Of a stretch of DNA of 64,000 bases, positions 18,412 through 27,862 are shown in pieces (position 1 is the stretch's first letter; the number at the start of each line of letters is the position of its first letter). The translations under genes were made by a program, and so were the position numbers. Source of the DNA: a virus; IMG/VR virus record IMGVR_UViG_3300045988_149268, positions 1-64,000 of that record. The stretch is one strand, 5' to 3'. The notes beneath the pieces were generated by a model. It was not told the DNA's origin and did no database searches. It was given only the letters and a program-made list of their open reading frames with translations.

Positions 18412-18852
18412 ATGACTATTGAAATGCTACATGATGAAATGGTCGCTGCTTGGAAGCATGGTGACATGACAATTAAAAACGTGCTTTCTAATGCTATTGC
18501 GCAAATTAAGAAAGCTGCTATTGATGCTGGATGCCGTGATAATGTATCTGAAGATTTTGTAAACGCACAACTGCTTAAAATTAAGAAAAATATCCAAGAG
18601 CAAATTGATACTTGTCCAACTAATCGCACTGAACTACTTAGTAAGTATAATGAGGAAATGGACATTATTAATCATTATGCACCGCATGTAATTACTTCAG
18701 AATCAGAAATTAAAAAGGCTATTATGAAAATTTCTGGCACAGATAAGATTGCAAAAAACCAGCGTGGTGCAATTATGAAAGTAATTAAGGCAAGCGGCGC
18801 GCTTTATGACATGGCTATTGTCAATAAGGTCATTAGCACAATGATGGAGTGA
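18412..18852 (+). CDS. GatB/YqeY domain protein
   Basis: 146 aa; ...ELLSKYNEEMDIINHY...KAIMKISGTDKIAKNQRGAIMKVIKASGALYD pattern typical of YqeY/GatB C-terminal domain. Confidence 0.55.
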   Translation: MTIEMLHDEMVAAWKHGDMTIKNVLSNAIAQIKKAAIDAGCRDNVSEDFVNAQLLKIKKNIQEQIDTCPTNRTELLSKYNEEMDIINHYAPHVITSESEIKKAIMKISGTDKIAKNQRGAIMKVIKASGALYDMAIVNKVISTMME

Positions 18853-19262
18853 TTAATTTGAATCGTGAATACCCAGATTTAAGAAGTTATTTCAATTCAA
18901 GAGATAAGAAATGGTTAAAAAAGTGCGCTAGTCAGCGGGCAAGGCTTGGACTTGCGTATTGTGATACTTGGAATTTTGATAGTTTTTTACTTGGTATTAT
19001 TATTCGTGGTTTGCGTCAATTAGCTGATAATAGCCATGGTTACCCTGGATTCGTTCCATTTGATACTTTTGAAAAATGGCAGATTTATCTTCTTGACTTG
19101 GCAGATAAATTTGAATTAGCAAGTCGTTATATTTATGATGAAGATGACTATTGGGAAACGCATAATCAACAAGAAACCGCCGTTCGACATGAACAAGGTA
19201 TGAAACTTTTAAAAGAAGCGTTTGTTGAATTGGCAGAAAATCTTCCGGCTATGTGGGACTAA
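18849..19262 (+). CDS. Hypothetical protein (GTG start overlapping upstream stop)
   Basis: 137-aa ORF, translationally coupled. Confidence 0.45.
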   Translation: MINLNREYPDLRSYFNSRDKKWLKKCASQRARLGLAYCDTWNFDSFLLGIIIRGLRQLADNSHGYPGFVPFDTFEKWQIYLLDLADKFELASRYIYDEDDYWETHNQQETAVRHEQGMKLLKEAFVELAENLPAMWD

Positions 19263-19275
19263 GGAGGTGTTGGGT

Positions 19276-20022
19276 ATGAAGCACTATGTTGCTACTGATA
19301 TACATGGCAATCTTGCTATGTATACAAAAATGATGAGTTGGTTAAATAGCCAAGACGAAGAGTTTGTATTATATTGTTTAGGTGATGCAGCAGATCGCGG
19401 CAAAGATGGCTATAAGATTATGGAGCTTTTGTTAAATGATCCAAAAGTTATTTATCTTAAAGGTAATCATGAAGATTTATTCGTACGTGCTGCGTTTGAA
19501 TATGCCGATTTAGCAATGGAATTGGATTGCACAAAACGAGAGTTAATGAAACGATTTAACAGTGATTTGGCTTCGCTTACAGATTATGGCGTAGATATGC
19601 GATTGCATTATTGTAATGGCGGAAAATATACGCTTAAAGCATGGATTGACGCTGGATGTAAAATGGATATTATCTATAAATTAAAAAAACTGCCTCTAAA
19701 AACGTCTTTTGAAAATTTTGATATGTGCCACGCTGGATGTGAAATTTCTGACTGGAACAAAGACAATGAATCTGCGCTTCTTTGGGATAGAACACATTTT
19801 AAAATGCCTTGGAAAACAGATAGAGTTTTGATTCATGGACATACGCCGATAAATCATGTTCCTGTTGATTTTAAAGATTGGCATGTAAAGTCTTATTGTA
19901 ATGGGCAGAAATATGATCTCGATACTATATGTTGGCGCACAAATATCTTGACTATGCTTTGTCTTGAAACGCAAGAAATTATAACTCTTACTAAAGATGA
20001 TACTGTATCATTTGATTTTTAA
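19276..20022 (+). CDS. Lambda-PPase/ApaH-like calcineurin-type metallophosphoesterase (2 of 3)
   Basis: TDIHGN, GDAADRG, GNHE motifs; ATG 19276 after aggaggtgttgggt. Confidence 0.65.
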   Translation: MKHYVATDIHGNLAMYTKMMSWLNSQDEEFVLYCLGDAADRGKDGYKIMELLLNDPKVIYLKGNHEDLFVRAAFEYADLAMELDCTKRELMKRFNSDLASLTDYGVDMRLHYCNGGKYTLKAWIDAGCKMDIIYKLKKLPLKTSFENFDMCHAGCEISDWNKDNESALLWDRTHFKMPWKTDRVLIHGHTPINHVPVDFKDWHVKSYCNGQKYDLDTICWRTNILTMLCLETQEIITLTKDDTVSFDF

Positions 20023-20040
20023 TTAAATTTTTGATATAAT
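20012..20040 (+). promoter_or_regulatory. Sigma-A type promoter TTGATT-N17-TATAAT overlapping upstream stop codon
   Basis: Promoter-family member. Confidence 0.55.
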
Positions 20041-20064
20041 ATATACATAAGATAAAGAAAGGAT

Positions 20065-20361
20065 ATGATTTTTATGGGAAAGAATTGTCGAGATTTTGAA
20101 ACGCATGATTTTTATTGTATTAATTGCGGTAACAAGGGTATCCCGTTGACTCGTCAAGGCAATAAGAAAAAGGGCGAAGGGCATCGTAAAAATATGTATT
20201 GTTATCATTGTAAACATACAGTAAATCATGTGGAATGTCGTTCAATGGATGAAGTCAAACAATTTCAATTTCAATTTGCAAATGGAGATTTTAAAGAAGA
20301 AGCAGAACGAGAGTTGGCTTATGAAAAAGTCGCTCCTCGACTTTCTACCCTATTGAGATAA
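20065..20361 (+). CDS. Zinc-ribbon protein
   Basis: CINCGN...CYHCKH motifs. Confidence 0.5.
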   Translation: MIFMGKNCRDFETHDFYCINCGNKGIPLTRQGNKKKGEGHRKNMYCYHCKHTVNHVECRSMDEVKQFQFQFANGDFKEEAERELAYEKVAPRLSTLLR

Positions 20362-20371
20362 GGAGTTAAAA

Positions 20372-20857
20372 ATGTCTTCTCATCTTTATGTTATGGTTGG
20401 CGCGCCTGGTAGTGGCAAAAGCACTTGGATTCGTAAGAATATGGGTATCTTATTCAAGGAATCTATGTGCGTTTATGTTAGCCGTGATGCCATTCGTTAT
20501 GGTATGCTTAATGATTCTGATGAATATTTTTCTCATGAAAAGGAAGTTTTTAATGAGATGATTTATCAGATTGTTGATGGGCTTAAAAAGGGATTTAATG
20601 TATTCGCCGATGCTTCTCATTTGAATCACGCGTCTCGCGCCAAGCTCATTAATGCGATTAATCGGCATTATATTGATTATGACGTGCGTTTCGTATTTTT
20701 TGATACTTGTTTAGCAACTTGCATTAAGCGTAATGCTCAGCGAACTGGGCGCGCACTTGTCCCTGAGTCAGTAGTTGGTCAGATGTTTGGTAATATGACA
20801 GTTCCAACCGTAGGTGAATTTCCAAATTGTGTTGGAGTTTGGATGGTGAGAGAATGA
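20372..20857 (+). CDS. pnk: Polynucleotide 5-prime-kinase, T4 Pnk kinase-domain-like (no HAD phosphatase domain)
   Basis: GAPGSGKSTWIRKN, SRDAIRYGM, ADASHLNHASR, RNAQRTGRALVPESVVGQMF all parallel T4 Pnk kinase motifs (recalled from memory, not searched). Confidence 0.6.
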   Translation: MSSHLYVMVGAPGSGKSTWIRKNMGILFKESMCVYVSRDAIRYGMLNDSDEYFSHEKEVFNEMIYQIVDGLKKGFNVFADASHLNHASRAKLINAINRHYIDYDVRFVFFDTCLATCIKRNAQRTGRALVPESVVGQMFGNMTVPTVGEFPNCVGVWMVRE

Positions 20858-21423
20858 TTTATTTTTCTTCAGATTATCATTTTAATCATGATAGAGAGTT
20901 TATTTATCAAGCGCGTGGTTTCCCGAATGTTGAAGAAATGAATGAAGCGATTATCCAGAGACATAATGAAATTGTGAAGCCAGAAGATATTATTTATGTG
21001 CTTGGTGATTTGTGTCTTGGTGGTGGTTCTGAGGAAGCACTTCAAAAAAATAAAGAACTAATTGAACGATTAAATGGCACTCTTTATATCATCCGTGGTA
21101 ATCATGATAGTGATAATAGATGTAAAATGTATCGCTCTTGTAAAAATGTTAAACGAGTTACTGCGGCGATGTATTTAAATTATAACGGTTATCATTTTTA
21201 TCTTAGCCATTACCCTACACTAACTGGTAATCTGGAAAAAGAATCTTTAAAGCAGTGCACGATTAACCTTTATGGGCATACGCATCAAGAAAAAAATTTT
21301 TACCGAGATATACCTTTTATGTATCATGTTGGTGTTGATTCCCACGATTGTTATCCCGTCTCTGTTGATGCTGCTATTGCTGAAATGAAAGCAAAAGTGC
21401 AAGAATGTTTAAACGAACTTTGA
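20854..21423 (+). CDS. Calcineurin-like metallophosphoesterase (3 of 3), overlapping/operonic with Pnk-like kinase; candidate 2-prime,3-prime-phosphate healing enzyme
   Basis: SDYHFNH, GDL, GNHD, GHTH motifs; start ATG 20854 after ggtgagaga. Confidence 0.6.
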   Translation: MIYFSSDYHFNHDREFIYQARGFPNVEEMNEAIIQRHNEIVKPEDIIYVLGDLCLGGGSEEALQKNKELIERLNGTLYIIRGNHDSDNRCKMYRSCKNVKRVTAAMYLNYNGYHFYLSHYPTLTGNLEKESLKQCTINLYGHTHQEKNFYRDIPFMYHVGVDSHDCYPVSVDAAIAEMKAKVQECLNEL

Positions 21424-21446
21424 AAACTATATAGAGGAGAATGTAA

Positions 21447-22901
21447 ATGACGTATATTATGATTGGTATTATTGTGCTCGCTGTTATTGCTGTTGCTACC
21501 CTTGCCAGTATGAGCTATGTTAAGGCTCCGCCGGATCAGGCGTTTCTAATTTCTGGTCCACGCAAGGATATGAAGATTATCTCTGGTCGAGCAGGTTTTA
21601 GAGTGCCATTTGTTGATCGACTTGATAAGTTGTATCTTGGCATTATTGGCGTAGATGTAAAGACCAAGAACTCTGTCCCAACTGCCGAATATATTAATGT
21701 ATATGTTGATGCAAACGTGAATGTTTGCGTTGGGAAGTCTAATACACTTATGGCGCTTGCGGCGAAGAATTTTCTTAATCAAAAGCCAGATGCCATTTCT
21801 CGTAAAGCACAGGAAGTCCTTGAGGGCAATATGCGTGAAATTGTTGGTCAGATGAAGTTGACTGATATGGTAACTGACCGCAAGGCTTTTGCAGAAAAGG
21901 TTATGGAAAATGCCGCGCCTGATATGGAAAAGCTGGGTCTTGAAATTATTTCTTTCAATATTCAGAATTTTAGTGATGAAAATAATGTCATTAATGATCT
22001 GGGTATTGATAATGTTGAGCAAATTAAGAAGAACGCAGCAATTGCTAAGTCTGATGCAGAACGTGATGTCGCTATTCAGAAGGCAGAAAACAAGAGAAAG
22101 GCTAATGAAGCTCAGGTTGAAGCTGCTACTCAGATCGCGCAACAAAATACCGCTCTTGACATTAAAACCGCAGAATTGAAGGCATCGAGTGAAGTTAAGC
22201 GTGCTGCTGCAGATATGTCGTATGATATTCATAAGGCAGATCAGCAAAAGGAACTTGATGTTGCTCGCACCAATGCGCAGATTGCTCAGGCAGAGCGTCA
22301 GGTTGAATTGAAGAATCAGGAAATTGCGCTGAAGGAAAAGGAGCTTGATGCTCTTGTGCGCAAGCAGGCTGACGCAGATTTGTATGCGGCGCAACAGAAG
22401 GCTCAGGCTGATTTGGTGCGTCGTCAGAAGGAGGCCGAAGCTAAGGCTTATGAGGAAATTCAGCGAGCTAAGGCCGCGAAGGAATCTATGGAACTTGAGG
22501 CTGAAGCTCGTAAGATTGTCGCGGAAGCTGATTTGATTACTGCGCAGAAGGCTGCGGAAGGTATTCGTGCTAAGGCGGAAGCTGAAGCAGAAGGAATTCG
22601 TCAGAAGGGCCTCGCCGAAGCTGAAGGTATTGATAAGAAGGCAGAAGCGCAGAAGAAAATGGGCGAAGCATCTGTTTTGGAAATGTATTTCGCTGCGATG
22701 CCGCAGATTGCACAGGCTGTTGCCGCACCTCTTGCTAATGTTGATTCTATTACCATGTATGGTGATGGTAATCAGGCAAAGATGGTGCAGGATATTACGA
22801 CTACGATTAATCAGATTATGAAGGGCGTTAATGACGCTACTGGTGTTGATTTGAATAGCGTTCTTGCTGGTTATATCGGTGGAAGAATGGCTGAAAAGTA
22901 A
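21447..22901 (+). CDS. Flotillin-like SPFH/band-7 domain protein (FloT/YuaG-like); GC-richer
   Basis: N-terminal TM, SPFH core, long Ala/Glu/Lys/Gln-rich coiled-coil (flotillin repeats), C-terminal region. Confidence 0.65.
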   Translation: MTYIMIGIIVLAVIAVATLASMSYVKAPPDQAFLISGPRKDMKIISGRAGFRVPFVDRLDKLYLGIIGVDVKTKNSVPTAEYINVYVDANVNVCVGKSNTLMALAAKNFLNQKPDAISRKAQEVLEGNMREIVGQMKLTDMVTDRKAFAEKVMENAAPDMEKLGLEIISFNIQNFSDENNVINDLGIDNVEQIKKNAAIAKSDAERDVAIQKAENKRKANEAQVEAATQIAQQNTALDIKTAELKASSEVKRAAADMSYDIHKADQQKELDVARTNAQIAQAERQVELKNQEIALKEKELDALVRKQADADLYAAQQKAQADLVRRQKEAEAKAYEEIQRAKAAKESMELEAEARKIVAEADLITAQKAAEGIRAKAEAEAEGIRQKGLAEAEGIDKKAEAQKKMGEASVLEMYFAAMPQIAQAVAAPLANVDSITMYGDGNQAKMVQDITTTINQIMKGVNDATGVDLNSVLAGYIGGRMAEK

Positions 22902-22902
22902 A

Positions 22903-22932
22903 AAGAAGGGCTAATGCCCTTCTTTTTTTATT
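22903..22932 (+). terminator. Rho-independent terminator
   Basis: AAGAAGGGC-TAAT-GCCCTTCTT then TTTTTTA. Confidence 0.75.
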
Positions 22933-23007
22933 ACCGCTTATTATCCTGAGCGGCCGTTGCTAAGCGGACATAGGCCCAGCAATTTTTTTGACTAAAATGT
23001 CCGATAT

Positions 23008-23036
23008 TTGACTTTCCAAAAATTTTATGATATTAT
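23008..23036 (+). promoter_or_regulatory. Sigma-A type promoter TTGACT-N17-TATTAT
   Basis: Promoter-family member. Confidence 0.55.
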
Positions 23037-23058
23037 AGAATTATAAAGGAGGTAGCAT

Positions 23059-23445
23059 ATGGCTATTAACGTAAAATTTAGAGTTATGGATAATTATAAT
23101 ATCCTTTGCACATTAACAATAGATGGTAAAAAATATTGTGGTCATGCTGAATGCCATCCTGATGATATTCCTATATTTTCTCAACGACTTGGAGAAAAAT
23201 TGGCATATGATAGAGCGTCAATGAATTATTTACGAGATGAACGTAATAAAATTAATGAACAAATTAAGAGTTTGAAGCACTTATTGAGCATATATAACCA
23301 AAGTCAAAAAACTAATAAAGAAAGCTATGAATATAAGATGCTTCAAAAACAAATTAATACCTATATAAGAGATTCAAAAGAATTATCAAGAGTAATTAAA
23401 GAAATTAAAGAAGAGGATATAAAATATGTTACAGAGCGTGCGTAG
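23059..23445 (+). CDS. Hypothetical coiled-coil protein
   Basis: 128-aa ORF with RBS aaggaggtagcat. Confidence 0.5.
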   Translation: MAINVKFRVMDNYNILCTLTIDGKKYCGHAECHPDDIPIFSQRLGEKLAYDRASMNYLRDERNKINEQIKSLKHLLSIYNQSQKTNKESYEYKMLQKQINTYIRDSKELSRVIKEIKEEDIKYVTERA

Positions 23446-23818
23446 CTACTTAAACGAACGAAAGCCGTTAATGATAACAGCTGATGCTTTTAAAATTTTA
23501 ATAAATAAATATAATTGCACGGATGCGCTATTCCAAAAATATTTTTTATATTTTTTAAATGCAGAATGGGATGCATTGGTGCGAGATGAAAATGGTGTGC
23601 CCTTATCTGCTGATGATAATGCAATAATGCAGTGCCTTAGAAATAATTGGATAAATTGGACTGTAACAGATAAATCTTTACAAGAACTAAACAATAAAGA
23701 CTATCCTGATGAAATATATTTTTGTGGAGCATCTTTAAATATTCTGTATAAAGCCAATTTGGTAATTGGTGATGACATGATTTTTTCTCCTGCCGAGTTA
23801 GCCAGTCAGCTTGTTTGA
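23426..23818 (+). CDS. Hypothetical protein
   Basis: 130-aa ORF overlapping upstream gene end. Confidence 0.45.
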   Translation: MLQSVRSYLNERKPLMITADAFKILINKYNCTDALFQKYFLYFLNAEWDALVRDENGVPLSADDNAIMQCLRNNWINWTVTDKSLQELNNKDYPDEIYFCGASLNILYKANLVIGDDMIFSPAELASQLV

Positions 23819-23855
23819 CTGGTTAATTTTATGAACTCGTTGCTTAAAATTTGAA

Positions 23856-23884
23856 TTGACTTTTTTTGAAAAATATGATATAAT
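23856..23884 (+). promoter_or_regulatory. Sigma-A type promoter TTGACT-N17-TATAAT
   Basis: Promoter-family member. Confidence 0.55.
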
Positions 23885-23915
23885 ATATGTAGAAAATAAA
23901 GAAAGGTGTTGGAGT

Positions 23916-25411
23916 ATGGCTGATTATAGCGTAAAAGATATAAAAACGCTGGAAGGTATTGAAGCTATTCGGCTTAGACCCGGTATGTATATTGGTTCAG
24001 TCGGGCCAGAAGGTGTTCGTCATATTACACTTGAAATTATTTCAAATGCTGTTGATGAGTATCTTAATGGTGCGTGTTCAGAAGTTCATGTCACTATTGA
24101 AAATAATAAAATTCAAGTTTCAGACAATGGTCGTGGTGTTCCTTTTGGTAAAGCAAAAGATGGCTCTGAAACACTTATTAATATTTATACAAAACTTCAT
24201 ACTGGCGCAAAATTTGATAGCGAAGGAAAAACTGGATATAATACATCTGGTGGTATGAATGGCGTAGGCGCAAAGGCAACGAATGCTCTATCATCTTGGT
24301 TCCATGTAACATCTATTCGAGATGGACAAATAGCCAATGCTTGGTTTGAAAAGGGTAAACTTAAAGAGTTTAAGACTGAAAAAACCGATGCGAAAAATAG
24401 TGGAACTACTGTTGAGTTCATTCCTGACGAAGAAATTTTTAAAGAAGGGACAGAACTCGACCCTGTTGCTTTGAAAAAGCAGTTGCAGGAACTTGCTTTT
24501 TTGTCTCCTGGTCTAAAATTTGTTCTATGTATCAATAGCAAGTGTGAAGAAATTTCAAGTAAAAATGGTCTTCTTGATTACTTGGATTACCTTTCCAAAG
24601 ATAAAGATGTATTGACATCAAAATTTTTTGCAGAGGCAAACGAGAATAGAATTGGCGTTAAAGTCGCTTTGCAGTATGTTAATGCGTATAGTGATGTCTA
24701 TAAACTATATACAAATAGCATTCCGAATAGTGGCGGCACGCATTTGACTGGTTTTAGAACCGCTTTAACACAATCTATTAACGTTTATGCCAGAAATAAA
24801 GGTTTTCTAAAAGAAAAGGATGAAAATTTTTCAGGAGAAGATTTAAAAGAGGGTCTAATTCTTGTCCTTTCTTTAACGATGCCAGATCCTGTTTTCTCTG
24901 GACAAACTAAAGATACTTTATCTTCAAGCGAGGGCCGCACCATTGTGCAGCGTTTGTGTGCTGCGAGTCTTGAGACATGGCTTAGCACGAATGAAAAAGA
25001 TGCAAAAGCAATTATTAATAAGGCACTCTTGGCACGAAAGGCAAGAGAAAATGCGAGAAAAGCAAAAGAAACAGTAAGAAATACTTCTAAGGCTTCTCGT
25101 ATCACTCTGCCTGGCAAATTGGCAGATTGTTCAAGCAAAAAGAGGCTTACGGATTGTGAGATTTTTATCGTTGAAGGCGACAGCGCCGCAGGTTCAGCTA
25201 AAGAAGCACGTGATCGTAATACTCAAGCAATTCTGCCAGTCCGAGGTAAAATTCTTAATGTATTAAAAGCGGATTTGCATAAAGCGATGAGCAATGCCGA
25301 AATTCAAAGTATGATTACCGCTTTTGGCCTTGAGATTAAAGATGGTAAAATTGTTTTGAACGAAGATAAATTACGCTATGGTAAAATTATTATTATGGCT
25401 GATGCAGACGT
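23916..25411 (+). CDS. Type IIA topoisomerase ATPase/TOPRIM subunit (GyrB/T4 gp39-like), exon 1
   Basis: GHKL ATPase N-terminus, TOPRIM EGDSAAGSAK, ends in MADADV (conserved DADVDGSHI interrupted); exon ends with T as required for group I 5-prime splice site. Confidence 0.75.
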
Positions 25412-26460
25412 CAACTAAAAATCGGCGTATGAAAAACTTTTCGCATATCAAGCGGGTCAGAATCTATTAATTATATGTAGAGGGTTCTCATATAATAATA
25501 GAAGATGGCTAACGGGAAACCCTAAACTGAAAAGCAAGGGAACCCCGTGGGAAACAAATATTAATCCATCTTCTAAGGAGATGGGAAAATGATTGGAATT
25601 TATAAAATTACCAATAAAATATCAGGAAAATCTTATATTGGTTAGTCTAATGATATTGAAAGAAGATTTAAAGAGCATTAGACAATAGGCAATAAAAGTA
25701 GAATTCCTGTTGATATCGCTATTCAAAAATATGGAAAAGAATCATTCACATATGAAATAATTGAACTTTGTTAGATTGAACAATTAAATGAAAAAGAAGA
25801 ATACTGGATTAAATTTTATGATTCATATAACAATGGTTATAATTGTAATCCTGGCGGAAATCAATCTTCAATAGGAGAAAACAATGGACGAGCGAAATTA
25901 ACTATTGAAGATGTAGAAATTATTCGGCAAGCCTACGCCACGCATAAAAAACAAAGGGAAATATATGAAAAATTTAAAGATAAAATTTCATTTAATTATT
26001 TTCAAAATGTTTGGGCGGGCAAAAGCTGGTCGCACATAATGCCAGAAGTTTTTACAGAAGAAAATAAACATTATTATATTTATGAAAATAGTAAAAACGG
26101 CAATGGTTTTAATTCTTAGTTTTCAGATGAAGAAATTGTTTATATTAGACAAAGATATGTGAATGAAAGTGCAAAACAGATATATAACGACTATAAAAAT
26201 AGAATTAAATTTCAAAGTTTTTAGGCAATATTATGGGGTCGTTCATATTCTGATTTGCCATTATACAAGAAAAAAGAAAAGCGATGGATTAATATTTGAA
26301 CCTGTATCGACTATCTCCTAAGCCTTATGGGCAGGAGAGTAGGGCTACTATTGATACGTAGTCTGGTTTTAGGAAACGAAGCCAGTTAAATGCCGAAATG
26401 GTTTCCTCTCTTTATGAGAGTAAAAGATAGTCAGCGCTCATAGAAATATGAGAATAAGTG
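25412..26460 (+). mobile_element. Group I intron interrupting topoisomerase subunit gene, carrying GIY-YIG homing endonuclease
   Basis: Exon1 stops right after DADV; downstream frame resumes with DGSHIRILFFTFIWKFCPELIEKGYIY; intron ends with G; internal free-standing ORF with own RBS. Confidence 0.7.
25589..26299 (+). CDS. GIY-YIG homing endonuclease (intron-encoded; 3 in-frame TAG)
   Basis: GIYKITNKISGKSYIG-Q-SNDIERRFKEH motif; RBS ctaaggagatggg. Confidence 0.7.
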
Positions 26461-26860
26461 TGATGGAAGTCATATTAGAATTTTGTTTTTTACCTTTATT
26501 TGGAAGTTTTGTCCAGAGCTAATTGAAAAAGGATATATTTATGCCGCGGTCCCGCCTCTATATCGAGTTATTAAAGGCACTAAATCTATCTACATTAAAG
26601 ATGATAATGCTCTTGCCGAATACCGTAAGAAACATAGTGGAGAAAAATATGAATTGCGTCGTTTCAAAGGATTGGGCGAGCAAAGTGTAGAGGAACTTGA
26701 AGAAAGCACAATGTCTCCTGCTACAAGAACTCTTAAACAAATTACTATGGAAGATGCCATCGCAGCGAGTCAAGTTTTTAACAACCTAATGGGTGAAACT
26801 GTAACGTTGCGTAAACAGTTTATTGAAAAAAATGCTTGGAGGGCAAACGTAGATGTCTGA
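26461..26860 (+). CDS. Type IIA topoisomerase subunit (GyrB-like), exon 2
   Basis: DGSHI..PELIEKGYIYAAVPPLY..FKGLGEQSVEELEESTM matches GyrB C-terminal region. Confidence 0.7.
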
Positions 26861-27140
26861 TTATATTAAGAAAGTTCCAACAGATGACTATCTTACTTGG
26901 ATAAATAAAAAGGGCGAAGTCTGCCCTCGGATGCCTAAAGATTGGAAAGATGAAGAGAAATATGGTAAGGACTATTTTGGAGCCTTTATGAATGCTGTAT
27001 GTATTAAATTAAACTCCTATGAAGAATATTATAAAAATCCTCTTCTAATGATTTCAGAAATGGTTAAGCTCCGTAGTGAGAACGAAAGACTCACTAAGGA
27101 AAATGATAGACTAATGCAGAGGTTGAAGAAACATGGATGA
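26853..27140 (+). CDS. Hypothetical protein
   Basis: 95-aa ORF overlapping upstream stop. Confidence 0.45.
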   Translation: MSDYIKKVPTDDYLTWINKKGEVCPRMPKDWKDEEKYGKDYFGAFMNAVCIKLNSYEEYYKNPLLMISEMVKLRSENERLTKENDRLMQRLKKHG

Positions 27141-27318
27141 ATCAATATTCTGTCCTAACTGTAAAACTGGTAAAATTGTAATAACACAGTTTAAAATAAT
27201 TATTCAAGAGATAAATAAAAATCAATTTCATATCATCGCAGATGCAGAATGTGAAAAATGTAAAACGCAATATAAGTTGGAAGGTGATTGCAATTCAAAA
27301 TATTTGGAAACATTTTAG
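27133..27318 (+). CDS. Small zinc-ribbon protein
   Basis: CPNCKTG...CEKCKTQ. Confidence 0.4.
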   Translation: MDESIFCPNCKTGKIVITQFKIIIQEINKNQFHIIADAECEKCKTQYKLEGDCNSKYLETF

Positions 27319-27448
27319 AAAAATTCAAACGCATAGAAAATGGGTTCGATATTATTGTTTTAAATGCGGAATTCCTTGGCAGGGGATTAAACATGATCTA
27401 TCTAAATATTCCCCAACAGAATTTTTTGAAAGCGTAAAATATTATTAG
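27242..27448 (+). CDS. Hypothetical protein (overlaps previous ORF in another frame; one of the two may be spurious)
   Basis: 68-aa ORF with CFKCG motif. Confidence 0.25.
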   Translation: MQNVKNVKRNISWKVIAIQNIWKHFRKIQTHRKWVRYYCFKCGIPWQGIKHDLSKYSPTEFFESVKYY

Positions 27449-27547
27449 GGAACTTCATCTCCAATTAATGCTGCAAAAGCAGACAAGGGATATTCTGATG
27501 CTTGGTTTCATCATAAAGGAAGGAATAAACATCATTATGAATATTGG

Positions 27548-27862
27548 ATGGACAATTTTGATGATGGCGGACAAAATATCATTATGCCATTTAAATATTG
27601 GGTTGAATTAATTTGTGATTATCTTGGAGCTAGTCATGCTTATAATGACAATGATTTTTCTTATTATAAAGAGTTTAAATGGTGGGAAGAAAAAAGTAAA
27701 CATTGCGCCATGAATCCAGCATTAATTAAAGCAACAACGGCAGTATTTGAAGCTTTGATGCGACAAGAAAATGCTTATTATCTTGATTTTTATTATCATC
27801 CGGATAAACTGTTAAGTAAAGCTTGGCTTAAACAGTATTATGACAAATATGTCAATTTATAA
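27548..27862 (+). CDS. Hypothetical protein
   Basis: 104-aa ORF. Confidence 0.45.
   Translation: MDNFDDGGQNIIMPFKYWVELICDYLGASHAYNDNDFSYYKEFKWWEEKSKHCAMNPALIKATTAVFEALMRQENAYYLDFYYHPDKLLSKAWLKQYYDKYVNL

Noticed and set aside
21546-22821. ORFs 21546-22394 (-), 21889-22179, 22345-22536, 22567-22821 inside flotillin gene
   Set aside because: Alternative-frame or antisense translations of the Ala/Glu/Lys-rich coiled-coil region; Arg/Leu-rich junk.
23446-25138. ORFs 23446-23694 (-), 23959-24258, 24197-24541 (-), 24785-25138 (-)
   Set aside because: They overlap real genes (23426-23818 and gyrB-like exon 1) in other frames or strands.
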